Virus record (IMG/VR): IMGVR_UViG_3300028886_000053
Length of the DNA stretch: 64,000 nucleotides
Source: a virus
Taxonomy: Duplodnaviria; Heunggongvirae; Uroviricota; Caudoviricetes
Reading direction: 5' to 3' (one strand)
The notes below the pieces were generated by a model that was not told the DNA's origin, ran no database searches, and saw nothing but the letters and a program-made list of their open reading frames with translations. Positions 12,799 to 23,239 of the stretch are shown piece by piece (positions within the stretch are counted from its first letter, which is position 1; each line of letters begins with the position of its first letter). Made by a program: the position numbers and the translations under genes.

Positions 12799-12984
12799 TT
12801 ATACTTCTGTCTTTATATATAATCCACAATGACATTCTCCAATATCTTGTTCTCTAAATTCTTTACACATACATAATGTATCTTCATTTTTAATTATTTT
12901 ACATGGGCAATACCCAGAGTTTTCTCTGAGTTTTGCCCTAATCTAATTAGCTAATTCTATATCTTCCGTTACTTTTACTTTCAA
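12799..12984 (-). CDS. Ferredoxin-thioredoxin reductase catalytic-subunit-like Fe-S protein (61 aa, TAG at codon 14)
   Basis: MKVKVTEDIELAN*IRAKLRENSGYCPCK...CMCKEF...ECHCGLY; the CPC/CxC/CHC spacing matches the FTR catalytic chain. Absent from ORF track. Confidence 0.7.
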
Positions 12985-12988
12985 TGTT

Positions 12989-13471
12989 TCACAACCTTTC
13001 TGCATATTGATTATCGGAAGCAAGATTCACACCTAATACTTCATCATAATGAGGAGTTTGATTTGGAATATATCGGCCGTATTTGATAATTATATTTTTA
13101 TATTGATTTTCTTTAATAAATTTTATAAGAGTCTGTGGACGCTCTTCTTCTTTATTATATCCAGTATATATTACAAAATCATCATTGGAAAATTCTCTAA
13201 ATTTTTTTATAAAGAGGAATAACATAACCATGGTATCAAGAGGTTCAAGTCCTTGACAAACTATTGCTTCTGTTATAGGATTTTTTAAATATTTTTCAAT
13301 AATATATTCTTCTTCAATTTTAATAGGACGAACCTTTGTGAGAGGACTGTTTTGACAAATTGGTTTTCCATATTCTTTATCACATTTAAAATCACAACAA
13401 GGGAACTCAATCACCATAGCAGGCTTTTTATAATTAACAAAATCTTCATCAATAATTCCTTTAACAAACAT
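12989..13471 (-). CDS. nrdG: Anaerobic RNR activating enzyme (radical SAM-like)
   Basis: Cys-rich N-terminus (CCDFKC...C), GLEP, and IYTGY motifs; directly downstream of nrdD. Confidence 0.75.
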   Translation of the reverse strand: MFVKGIIDEDFVNYKKPAMVIEFPCCDFKCDKEYGKPICQNSPLTKVRPIKIEEEYIIEKYLKNPITEAIVCQGLEPLDTMVMLFLFIKKFREFSNDDFVIYTGYNKEEERPQTLIKFIKENQYKNIIIKYGRYIPNQTPHYDEVLGVNLASDNQYAERL

Positions 13472-15426
13472 TAATTAATCTCCTCGGCTGTTTTATTTAT
13501 TGCTTCCCATCTTCTCATACCATATTCTTGTTTTCTTTCTCTACTCCAAGTTTTAATAGGAGTATAAAATCCTACGATACGAGTATATTCTGTATATATT
13601 GGTTTACCACAAACTGGACATGTAGTTCCATAAAAAGCATGATTATCTTCACATGCTTGAATTTTAGTATTAAATGCAAAATAAGTTACGCCTTGATCTG
13701 CAATATAATTTACCATCTTCCATGCCTTATCAAAAGAATCAAAAGGCGCATCAATGTTAGCATGAAGAATTGAACCACCATTACAATACTTATCAAAAAT
13801 AGCTTGTACTCTTATTCTTTCTTGAAGTGTTGTTTTAATACCAAGAGGCATAAACTGATTTCCATAAAGAGGTAAATCGTATATATTTGCATTAGGATAA
13901 AAGAACTTATCTTTCTTTGTAAGTTTTGCGGCCGCTGATTCACCGGGGATTTGTTCAGTATTAATCATGTAATCACACTGGTTTCGTACGATGAAATCAT
14001 CCGCCACCCGCCTCATTGTTTTAAAAATCTTTTCTCCAAATGCTAAAGCCTCATCTGTATAGAAAGTATTTCCGAATTCATCTACTCTTGTGTATCCAAA
14101 CTTTTTCATTGTTTCGTACACTCCAATAAAGCCAATGGTGTTGTATAAGTGTTCGAAATCTACAAGTTTGTGTTTAAAATTAGGGAGTAACCCTTTTTCT
14201 ACATTTCTTTTGATAATATGGCGTACTACATCTAAACCTTGTAAATTTGTTTCTAATCTGCGCTCAAGTTCGGCTAAATATTCCTCCTCAGAGGTTGTAT
14301 CAAGAGCTAACCTTGCAAGATTAATTGTAGAAACTTTGACACTTCCTACTTTAAGAGCCGTTCCCCCGATGCTGTTGAAATAACCTAAATCTCGTATATC
14401 ACTTTTTAACCTACAACAATTACTTAAACTATTAACACTATCATCTACAAAAATATTACTATCATTCCAAATCATATTATGACGAATCGCCCATTCTGCA
14501 AAGTTTTTATCTACAAATTCTCCATTCTGTCTTAATAAAGAAATTGTACTCACAGGAAAAGTAAACATATTTTCTTTTCTAATATGAGCCATTTCTTCCA
14601 TATATATTTTTTGGAAGTTAATAATTTCTTCCTCATAATCAATCATAAAAGTTCCATCTGGAAATTCTGAGCCGCCAAACAAAGCTTCAAAATAAGGTCT
14701 ATCAAAAATAGAGGTATTAGTAAATGCCGATTGTTGTCCATCTCTTGTATAGGGTTGGTTTACAGCATAGATAAAGCGTTGAAAATTTTGTCTTGCATAG
14801 TTCTCTGCATTTCCGCTAGAATCAATTCCGAGATAATTATTTTCTACATCTTTTCTCCAAAAATAATACATATAAGGAATTAAATTGGGAAGACCAACTG
14901 CTCCTGAACTTCTATTACTAGCGAAACCGATAAATTCTTTTACGAAGTCTACAAATACTTCTAAGTGCTTTGGAGGTTTAGCATTAAAAGCTCCATCAAT
15001 AAAATAAAGACCTTTTTCTGCCAAATCTTTAAGATCATAAGCAAAACAATAATGTTTAAATGTCGATGTGTCTGCATCATGCATATAAAGCTGTCCCATC
15101 CATTCCATTCGTAACCAAGTATTAGCAGCTTTAAAACCATATTTTTTTTGAATCTCATAATAAATTTTATTAAAAGATAATAACTTTCTATGAGGTTTTG
15201 GCATTTCTGATAACAATGTAACTATATCTTTTTTAGTTACGTTACTATTACCATCAATAGAAGCATCTGCTACTGTAGTCTAATCAATAAAGTTATCAAT
15301 AAAATCAGTATAACTAAGTTGAGCATCGTCAAATCCGTTAATTCTAGCGATGTCAGTCCCGAACTCTCCCTGTAGTTTATTATATTGTGTCACAAAGTTC
15401 TTACTTAATTTAATATCAATTTTCAT
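13471..15426 (-). CDS. nrdD: Class III (anaerobic) ribonucleotide reductase, 651 aa, single TAG at codon 49
   Basis: Glycyl-radical loop YTRIVGFY, SNCCRL Cys pair, and CPVCG zinc site. The frame extends past the track start (15216) through TAG 15280-15282 to ATG 15426, which overlaps the upstream stop. Confidence 0.9.
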
Positions 15427-15661
15427 TCTTCTCGTACTCCTTTAACCATTTAACAGCTTGAGAGAAATCTAATAAAGTTGTAAGAGATGAAGAATCAAAT
15501 AGCTCTTCTTCAATTCTTAATGTAGGAACTGTTTGAACTCCCCATAGCATCATTTCTTCTATATCATCCTGTAATTCATATTCAATTCCTAGACTATCCA
15601 TTTTCTTTTTTAAGACTTGACATCTAGGACAATTAGTTGTATAAAAAATAATCTTCTGCAT
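15416..15661 (-). CDS. Glutaredoxin/NrdH-like redoxin
   Basis: YTTNCPRC CxxC motif plus VPTL; sits upstream of nrdD. Confidence 0.8.
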   Translation of the reverse strand: MQKIIFYTTNCPRCQVLKKKMDSLGIEYELQDDIEEMMLWGVQTVPTLRIEEELFDSSSLTTLLDFSQAVKWLKEYEKNEN

Positions 15662-15731
15662 AAAATTTCTCCTTCTGTTTGATATTAATATTTTAAAATG
15701 ATAAAGAGTTTATTATTTCATTCTGTCCTTA

Positions 15732-16310
15732 TCATTTTAAAATATTTTCTTTAATATAAGAAATAATATCATTTAACAATGTGAATTTATTATCATTATT
15801 TTCAATGGTGATAAAATCAAAACCTGTAGTATTATATGTCACTGGAATAAAATCTTTTTTATCTGCAATAAAACGTCTAATAATCTCATCACAATCAGGA
15901 GATTCTTCTCGTTGTAATTGTCTTAGTAATCTAGTTTTATCAGATGATTTTATATAAATTGGATAACATTCAATGTTTTCATTCTTTATAATTTGTTGAA
16001 TACGTCGAATATCATATATACCTATATTAATTTTATCTTTACTTAAATTATCAATAGCACTACCATAGAACCAGTTCCGAAACTCAACATGCTCGATAAG
16101 TTCTTTAGCAAAGAAATCTGCGGCCGTTGGTAAGAAGTGATAGTTAACTCCAGCTTCTTCCCCCTTTCGCATCGGCCGCGTAGTATAAGAAACTACTCTA
16201 AATAAATTTTCTTGTCCAAAATTAGTTTGGAGAAGTTCTCTGAGAGTGAAGTCTTTTCCACTCCCAGACTCTCCAAATAATGCTATTAACTTATATTTCT
16301 AATTACTCAT
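15732..16310 (-). CDS. Guanylate-kinase-like nucleotide kinase, TAG at codon 4
   Basis: MSN*KYKLIALFGESGSGKD...VVSYTTRPMRKGE...YHF. The P-loop lies upstream of the track start (16172), and the ATG overlaps the dnaE stop. Confidence 0.8.
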
Positions 16311-19300
16311 TATTTTCCTCCATTCCGTAACGAGTGGCTGTAAGAGAAATATCTCTACCGACTACTTCAGTAATTTTATATAACTGATGCCCTCCAGTAG
16401 ATTTATATTTTTTTGCTACAAAGGTATCATCTCGTCGATATCCAGTAACTAAAAGTTTTACTCCTCTAGTAAACCAACCTTTTTCTTTAACTTTCTTTTC
16501 ACCCTTTTCATTTACTTCACTAATCTGACGATTGAACATTGCATAATAATCTCTAGTCAGCTTTACGTTCACAACTCCAGATGTAGTGAGCAATACAACC
16601 GAATGCCGCGTATCATTCTTACCAATCACTGTCCCTGCAATTCTACATAATTTATAAATAGGAATTTGAACTCCATTTCTTTTAAAGAAATAATCTACTT
16701 CAGGAATTACGGGAAGATTATTAAAATCTATAATTCCATATTTCCTATTATTAATATTTTTTAACTCATGGTCATGATAATAAAAACACAATGAAGACAT
16801 TTCCCAAGCAGAAATATTGCCCATTGCATATTTATCCCATTCTGCTTTAAACAGTTTTTGGTTTACTTCTTTTAATAACTGCTGTTGATTTTCTTTTAAC
16901 CAATCTCTAGCAGTATCCATTATCTTTTGATAAATTTTTTCCCAATTTTTTTGTTCAATCATAGGGATACCATTTGAAACTTTATCAATAGTATCTGGGT
17001 CAAAATTATTAAGATAAAATTTAATTGCATATTCATGTGGAATATAATAATAATTTATATTATCTTCTTTCCATTTATACGCTTTCAAATATTTATTAAA
17101 ATTGAACACTCTTTTTTGAAAAGAAAGTTCTTGAGGTATTAAATCTAAATTAATTAAACCACTAAAATTCTGTAAGTTTAACTTCTTTTTTGGTTCTGAA
17201 GTTAATGACAAATAGTATGCCATTATAAAAATTCTAGGTTCAATCTCTTTTGTGTCTTGTTCAAGATTATCAAATGCTCCAGCTTTAATTAAACTTATCA
17301 TTGCAGTTTTATTAAGGGGACATTTATTAAGAAAATCTTTAAAAGACATATAAGGTCTATTTGCTTTTATTTGTTCGATAATCGGAGAACCCACTCCATT
17401 TAATGCTTTCATACCAAATAAGATTTGATTATTTTTTACATCGGGTTTGAATCCATAATCAGATTTGTTTATATCAATTAAAGAAATTTGAATACCATCG
17501 TTAATTATTTCACCGATGGCTTTCGCAATTTTACCATAATCAGTAGATTGCTCTTTCTTTTTTACTGGTTGTCCATCTTCGTCATATTCATTATCATCTT
17601 CATCTTCAAGACTACCACTATTAACAACAAGACAAGCTGTGTCCCAATAAATTGGATTCCATTGTGTTGCAATATAAGCAGTTTGGAAACCTATAAAACT
17701 ATAAGCAAGAGCATGAATAATAGAGAACGAATAACCCATCTGAGGACCAACTCCATTTTCCCATACATACTTACCAAGTTTTGAAGAAGATGCTTTATCT
17801 AATATTTTTTGATGCAACTCTGGAATCTTACTCATTTGCTTTTTACCGACTATTTTTCTGGCGGCGTTTGCTTCTGCCAAGGTAAAACCGCAAATATTCT
17901 TATCCATTAACATTAACATCAACTGTTCCTGTGAAGGAGGTACACCATATGAAGATTTGAAATATGGTTCAAGATAATCTCTTTCCTTAGGAGTTAGTCC
18001 AAAATCATACATTTCTTTATACCATAGGTCAAGATTATTTTTAAATCGAATATATTTTTCCATTGGAGTTTCAGCACCTTTTTCTGCGGTCATTAACCTC
18101 ATAAGACCATTGGCGTCTGATAACTCAAGAATCGTTTTCGGTTTAATCTTTTTAGCAGCTTGACTTCCTACTTCAGAGTCAAACTGAAATACATTTATAA
18201 CACTGCCATTTTGAATTGCATCCCAAATTCTTTTATCATTTAAAGGTAAAACATTAGGATGAAAATATTTATCATATACAGGACGAAGATTAATTCCATA
18301 ATCTTCAATTACTCCATCTTCCTGTAAAAATCTAATTGCTTGTGCAAGTTTATCCTGCACTTCAGTTACAAGGAAATCATACTTGGTAAGACCTGCTGCT
18401 TCACAATCATGCAAATCATATTGAGTAATAATTTCACCCTTTGGAGTTCTCATAAAACATCCAAATTCATAAGGATCCTCATCAAAAAGAATTACACCTG
18501 AAGCGTGGCTACTACGTTTATTTACAAGTCCGACAATACCAAAAATAATATCAAGGAGTCCTGGGTAGGTATTTACCTCTTTTACAAATACATGAACAGG
18601 TTCTCTTCCTTTATCTTTATTACCATTGATTACATCTTCAAGCGGCCAGAGGAAACCACGTTCAGAGGGGATTAATGATGCTATATACTGAGCTTCATCA
18701 TTATCAATACCGTCAGGATAATCTTCACTTCTATATCCGCGGCAAGCCGTAAGAACTGCGGACTTCGTCTGTTCTGTACCATATGTAGCTATTAAAGTAC
18801 AACCTAGATTTTTTCGAGAAAGCTCGTCTATATCTGGATTGAACCGACTTCCGCGCTCTTCTTTTATCTTCTTTACTATTGTGCCTTTTTTAGATGGACA
18901 TATATCTATGTCAATATCACCTAACTCAACACGTTCTTCATTCATATATCTAAAGAATGGAAGATTCCATTCAATTGGGTCGAGCTGAGTGATACCAAGA
19001 AGATAGTGATTTAATGCGGCACAACTGGAGCCTCTTCCTGCTCCAACCAAGCTCCCACACTCCCACATCATATCAATATAATATTTAAGAGTAATAGGAT
19101 ATTTAAACATATTGGTTCCAAGTTTTTCTCCTATTACTCTTTTTACTCTTGCTTCTTCTTCAAGTTCATCCCAATATTTTTTAGTTAAAAGTTTTTTATT
19201 TGTCATCTCTGATAAACATTTATGTACCCAATATCTATCATAAATATCATCAGATTTATACATATCTTCTAAAGTAGGATAATCTTTTGAATACCATTTA

Positions 19301-20241
19301 GGCTCTTGCTTAGGATAATCTTTAACAGGTACACTTGGAATTGTTTGGTTATGAAGTAAATCATATACTTCAATTTTATTAAACATTTCCATACTATTAG
19401 CATACATTTCTTCAATTAACATACCAATAGAAGGTTCTAAATTAATTCTTATATCCTCATCAGACTGAAGATATGTGTATTCATAAAACGCGTCTGTTTC
19501 TCTCTCTCCACCTTTTGAATTAAGATAGGCTTTATGAATATATCTATCGTCCCGTTTTAGATAATGAGCGTCATCGCCTATTACCAATTTTTTATGAAAT
19601 ACTTGTGCTATCTGTGCCAGTTTATTATTTGCAATAATTTGATCTTTAGATGCACCTGGTGCAACTTCCACATAAAAATCATCACCAAATAAATCATCAC
19701 AAAAGAACATAAAATCTTTTATCTGTTGATGTTTTTTATTTGCAGTTTCAGTATCTTCAATCTTTCTAGCATGTTCCATTTCTACAATACAACTAGAAAG
19801 TTCTCCGCCTAAACATGCGGATGTTGCTATTAAATGACCTGGGTCTTTTTTGACAACCGCCGCAAGTTCCGATTTTAAAGTAGGAACTCTTTCCATACCG
19901 CGGTCCCAATATGAATTCATCCAGGCTATCGAAGACAACTGCCGCAATTGGTTATGTCCAATTGCATCTTTTGCTATTAATATAAAGTGATAATATTTAA
20001 TTCCTTTATCACGAGTATTTGTTAAATAAATTTCATCACCTATTCCAATTTTAAAATCTGGATTTTCTTTTTGTAATTTACAAATACGAATAGACTGCGC
20101 TATTGTTTCGTGATCCGTAACAGCTAGCCCAGCCAATCCAATATCTTTTCCCCTCTTAACGAGATCGGGTAATTTATTTATGCAATCCAGTAAACGAAAA
20201 TTTGACATTTCCGTATGGTTGTGAGGAGAAAAACGTTGCAT
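16303..20241 (-). CDS. dnaE: DNA polymerase III alpha subunit (family C), no TAG
   Basis: PHP domain (HNHT, TDHE), GAGRGS, DIDID, SSHASGV, KYDFL and GYSFS..HA.AY motifs. Confidence 0.93.
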   Translation of the reverse strand: MQRFSPHNHTEMSNFRLLDCINKLPDLVKRGKDIGLAGLAVTDHETIAQSIRICKLQKENPDFKIGIGDEIYLTNTRDKGIKYYHFILIAKDAIGHNQLRQLSSIAWMNSYWDRGMERVPTLKSELAAVVKKDPGHLIATSACLGGELSSCIVEMEHARKIEDTETANKKHQQIKDFMFFCDDLFGDDFYVEVAPGASKDQIIANNKLAQIAQVFHKKLVIGDDAHYLKRDDRYIHKAYLNSKGGERETDAFYEYTYLQSDEDIRINLEPSIGMLIEEMYANSMEMFNKIEVYDLLHNQTIPSVPVKDYPKQEPKWYSKDYPTLEDMYKSDDIYDRYWVHKCLSEMTNKKLLTKKYWDELEEEARVKRVIGEKLGTNMFKYPITLKYYIDMMWECGSLVGAGRGSSCAALNHYLLGITQLDPIEWNLPFFRYMNEERVELGDIDIDICPSKKGTIVKKIKEERGSRFNPDIDELSRKNLGCTLIATYGTEQTKSAVLTACRGYRSEDYPDGIDNDEAQYIASLIPSERGFLWPLEDVINGNKDKGREPVHVFVKEVNTYPGLLDIIFGIVGLVNKRSSHASGVILFDEDPYEFGCFMRTPKGEIITQYDLHDCEAAGLTKYDFLVTEVQDKLAQAIRFLQEDGVIEDYGINLRPVYDKYFHPNVLPLNDKRIWDAIQNGSVINVFQFDSEVGSQAAKKIKPKTILELSDANGLMRLMTAEKGAETPMEKYIRFKNNLDLWYKEMYDFGLTPKERDYLEPYFKSSYGVPPSQEQLMLMLMDKNICGFTLAEANAARKIVGKKQMSKIPELHQKILDKASSSKLGKYVWENGVGPQMGYSFSIIHALAYSFIGFQTAYIATQWNPIYWDTACLVVNSGSLEDEDDNEYDEDGQPVKKKEQSTDYGKIAKAIGEIINDGIQISLIDINKSDYGFKPDVKNNQILFGMKALNGVGSPIIEQIKANRPYMSFKDFLNKCPLNKTAMISLIKAGAFDNLEQDTKEIEPRIFIMAYYLSLTSEPKKKLNLQNFSGLINLDLIPQELSFQKRVFNFNKYLKAYKWKEDNINYYYIPHEYAIKFYLNNFDPDTIDKVSNGIPMIEQKNWEKIYQKIMDTARDWLKENQQQLLKEVNQKLFKAEWDKYAMGNISAWEMSSLCFYYHDHELKNINNRKYGIIDFNNLPVIPEVDYFFKRNGVQIPIYKLCRIAGTVIGKNDTRHSVVLLTTSGVVNVKLTRDYYAMFNRQISEVNEKGEKKVKEKGWFTRGVKLLVTGYRRDDTFVAKKYKSTGGHQLYKITEVVGRDISLTATRYGMEENNE

Positions 20242-20274
20242 TTTAATCTACCATCCTTTTTTATTTTATATATA

Positions 20275-20303
20275 ATTATAACATATATTTTTTATTATGT
20301 CAA
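20275..20303 (-). promoter_or_regulatory. Consensus sigma70 promoter for dnaE-RNR operon
   Basis: TTGACA-17 nt-TATAAT with extended TG. Confidence 0.85.
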
Positions 20304-20506
20304 TATTTCTCAACAAACTCAATTGTCATACCGCATTTATCACAATAATAAACAAAATTTGTAGAATAACGATGACCCACAGCAGTTTCATATACCCAGT
20401 GTCCTCCGCATCCTTCATGGATACCATTATTATATATTTCCGTTGAGACAGTAACAGAACATGCGTATATTATAAATAGATTTCTTTAAAAAGAGATTCT
20501 AATTTT

Positions 20507-20962
20507 TTAGATTGGATATTCCAATTCTTTGCACTCTATTCCATGTTCATTGAAATACTCCTGTAAATATTTTCTTTCACTACATAAATTATTAGGTGCT
20601 TCATATACAATTAAAACAATAGTATCTTTATTAAATTTATTTAAACAATATTCAAAAGCTTTCATCATTTTATCAAAGTCAATAGTTTCAAGTAATTGCT
20701 TATATTCTTGCATAGCTAAACAATTCCCTTTAAGAATGTTTTTATTTTCGCAGGGGCAGCTGCATGTTCCATATTTCTGGACTATAAGAGGTTCATAACG
20801 AAGCCCGCATACTATTCCTCTTTTATCTCTATAATATTCTTCGCCTTGAGGCGGGCGGTACCAGTCTGGATCGCGGAGGCAGGTTGAAACAGGTATGAGA
20901 TTAGGGGTAAAGTTCCTAATCTGATAAAAATAGCTAGTTTTTATTTTTATCATTATATTCAT
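20507..20962 (-). CDS. Hypothetical protein (DUF488-like character)
   Basis: IKTSYF...LIVYEAP...CSERKYL pattern; family assignment is from memory. Confidence 0.55.
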   Translation of the reverse strand: MNIMIKIKTSYFYQIRNFTPNLIPVSTCLRDPDWYRPPQGEEYYRDKRGIVCGLRYEPLIVQKYGTCSCPCENKNILKGNCLAMQEYKQLLETIDFDKMMKAFEYCLNKFNKDTIVLIVYEAPNNLCSERKYLQEYFNEHGIECKELEYPI

Positions 20963-21139
20963 TTATCGCTTTCTTTAAAACTTCTTTTGGTATTATTTCA
21001 TAATTTCTTTTATTAAACCAATAATATCCAGGTTTATCTTCTACTGTTTCAAAAGTAAAAATTATTTCAATTTCCTTCAATCAATCTTCTTAATTCGCTT
21101 TCTTCTACTAACCTATATTTTTTCATAAAATCCCCTTAT

Positions 21140-21493
21140 TTAATAATATCCTACTTTATCATACATTTGAGCATATGTTTTTACATGATTATGAGTTAAA
21201 ACACCTAATAATGTTTCTTTATCATCTTCTTCTTTTATATATATACGTGCTGTATCTGTAGTGATAGCAGAACGTCCTTTAGGTCTAGTTAATCGTTTAG
21301 CGCAATTCTCAATTTTTTTCATATCAGTCGTGTTTAACTCCATCCGACCTTCTGTTCCCACTACTACAAAGATAGGTTTTCCATTTTTAAATATAGGTTT
21401 GGTGTCTTTTATTTTACCGCACCATTTAATACTATATTCTTCATGCACGTCTGTTACTATAAGGTGACTCTTTATATTAATTTCTTCTATCAT
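21140..21493 (-). CDS. Hypothetical protein
   Basis: 117-aa ORF ending in TAA. Confidence 0.65.
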   Translation of the reverse strand: MIEEINIKSHLIVTDVHEEYSIKWCGKIKDTKPIFKNGKPIFVVVGTEGRMELNTTDMKKIENCAKRLTRPKGRSAITTDTARIYIKEEDDKETLLGVLTHNHVKTYAQMYDKVGYY

Positions 21494-21494
21494 T

Positions 21495-21680
21495 TTATTT
21501 CTCCAAAGAATTAAAAAAATCCATTATATCATTACTTACTTCTCTTGTAATTATGTTCTCACTTCGAGGAGCATCTTTAGATTTGTGATAAGGATGAATT
21601 TCCTTCCAGCATTTTAGCATATGCTTTCTAACTCCATCTTCTATTTTAAATTCTTTACTACAAGTTGGACATACATACAT
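21495..21680 (-). CDS. Small zinc-finger protein
   Basis: YVCPTC...HMLKC...H, a C2H2-like pattern. Confidence 0.6.
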   Translation of the reverse strand: MYVCPTCSKEFKIEDGVRKHMLKCWKEIHPYHKSKDAPRSENIITREVSNDIMDFFNSLEK

Positions 21681-21739
21681 TTTATTATTTTCCTTTTCCT
21701 TTTTTATTATATAAATATTATGACCTCTTTTTATAAAAA

Positions 21740-22915
21740 TTATCTAATCCAAATAACTTTTTGAGAAGCGCGCGTAATAGCTGTATACATTGCTCTAGCG
21801 TGAGTTTCTTTATCATAAGGGAAGCCCTCTTCCATTACTATTACCTTGTCCCATTCGCTGCCTTGCGCCTTCCAATATGTAATAGCATAGGCATAAGTAA
21901 ATTCCATCGGTACAAGATGTTGTGTAGGTCGTCTTGAATTTAATTTATAAATAGTTCTTGCATCAAGACTTCTTTCGCCTGTTATAATTTGATGCTTGTC
22001 CATATCTAGTGTACCAAAATCAGCATCACTATCAGACATAAAGTCAGCATATAATACTGGAATAGTTTGACCTCCACAATAAGGTGGAATATGATTATAA
22101 GATGTATATAAATTTGAAATATATCCTACCGTTCCATTTACAAGAGGGTCATTATTTGTGGCTAAATTATTCCAGTAATTTCTTAAGCAAATAACTTTTT
22201 CACCTTCTTCTGGTTCAGGACCTCTTCCTTGCATATTACGCAAAGTTTGATTAATATTAATTCTAGTTTTATTCGTTCCAACTAAAATTTGGTCTCCCCA
22301 TTTTAGAACTCCAGTAGTTAATTTATCATATGGCATAACAATAGCATCATCTTCTTTTCCATAATCAATTCTATCTTGATGCCTAATTTTCATAGAAAGA
22401 CGAATAATATTAGAATCTAAAGCTTGCCGCATAATTTCATCTAAAAAAACATGAGGATGAGCAAGGAGACCATTATCCTGGTCTTTATCTACAGGTGGAA
22501 GCTGGAAGGGGTCTCCAAGGCAAATAATAAAACAATCATGTTTAAAAAGAAGTTCCATTAGAAATCTTGGAGCCATAGAAACTTCATCTACTACAACTAT
22601 ATCATAATCAATTTCATCTTTGGGTTTTCTAAAAAAAGTCCCATCGGGCTTTGGAATACTTTCATAAAGAAGTTTATGTAATGTAATTACATTTCTATTT
22701 CCTTTTTTAAGAAGAACCTGCGCGGCCTTGCCTGTATAACAAGCATAAACTACATCTTGCTCAGGGTCAATTCCAGGAAGATTATCAATAATAACCTTGA
22801 CTAATGTTGATTTACCGGCGCCCGCATAACCTGAGATTACACAATATTTTTCTCCATTCTTATATCTTTCAATACATTCTTTTAATCCCTGTTCTTGCTT
22901 TAACGTTAATATCAT
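21740..22915 (-). CDS. RecD/Dda-like SF1B helicase
   Basis: GYAGAGKS Walker A, YTGKAA, VVDEVSM, LGDPFQLPPV, KAQGSEW and YTAITRA motifs. Confidence 0.88.
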   Translation of the reverse strand: MILTLKQEQGLKECIERYKNGEKYCVISGYAGAGKSTLVKVIIDNLPGIDPEQDVVYACYTGKAAQVLLKKGNRNVITLHKLLYESIPKPDGTFFRKPKDEIDYDIVVVDEVSMAPRFLMELLFKHDCFIICLGDPFQLPPVDKDQDNGLLAHPHVFLDEIMRQALDSNIIRLSMKIRHQDRIDYGKEDDAIVMPYDKLTTGVLKWGDQILVGTNKTRININQTLRNMQGRGPEPEEGEKVICLRNYWNNLATNNDPLVNGTVGYISNLYTSYNHIPPYCGGQTIPVLYADFMSDSDADFGTLDMDKHQIITGERSLDARTIYKLNSRRPTQHLVPMEFTYAYAITYWKAQGSEWDKVIVMEEGFPYDKETHARAMYTAITRASQKVIWIR

Positions 22916-22946
22916 AATTTCTCAACTCCTTTTATCGTATATTATA

Positions 22947-22975
22947 ATTATACCATAAAAATCTTAAAAAGTCAA
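22947..22975 (-). promoter_or_regulatory. Sigma70-like promoter
   Basis: TTGACT-17 nt-TATAAT. Confidence 0.8.
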
Positions 22976-22976
22976 A

Positions 22977-23015
22977 TTCGGATTGAAAAAGGCCAAAAGC
23001 CAAATTCAATCCGAA
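22977..23015 (-). terminator. Hairpin abutting the -35 box
   Basis: TTCGGATTGAA / TTCAATCCGAA 11-bp stem with a 17-nt loop. Confidence 0.5.
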
Positions 23016-23044
23016 ACACGGCCCTCCGCGCGCCAGCAGATTAA

Positions 23045-23239
23045 TTAATCATCAGCTCCCGATTTTATCATCTTTTGAACTTCTTTTCCTAGTTTTGTAT
23101 AACAATTTATACAAACACTATAGTCTGGAGTAGAAAAACCATAAAGATTATTTAAATCAGGAACTTTAACCTTATATAAATCTTTTTCTTTTGATACTGT
23201 TTGTTTACAAAAATCACATATATAAATTGTTTTTATCAT
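23045..23239 (-). CDS. Small Zn-binding protein
   Basis: CDFC...CINC. The likely start is ATG 23239, in a TAATG overlap with the read-through RecJ stop. Confidence 0.6.
   Translation of the reverse strand: MIKTIYICDFCKQTVSKEKDLYKVKVPDLNNLYGFSTPDYSVCINCYTKLGKEVQKMIKSGADD

Noticed and set aside
20300-20485. Cys/His-containing open frame (…GIHEGCGGHW…YCDKCG…)
   Set aside because: No start codon after the upstream in-frame TAA; possibly a gene remnant, but I cannot support it as a CDS.
21067-21126. TGA read-through in a small ORF (MKKYRLVEESELRRLIEGN-TGA-NNF...)
   Set aside because: Isolated case; TGA is the genuine stop of many genes here (4446, 12989, 26254, 28720, 33461, 42513).
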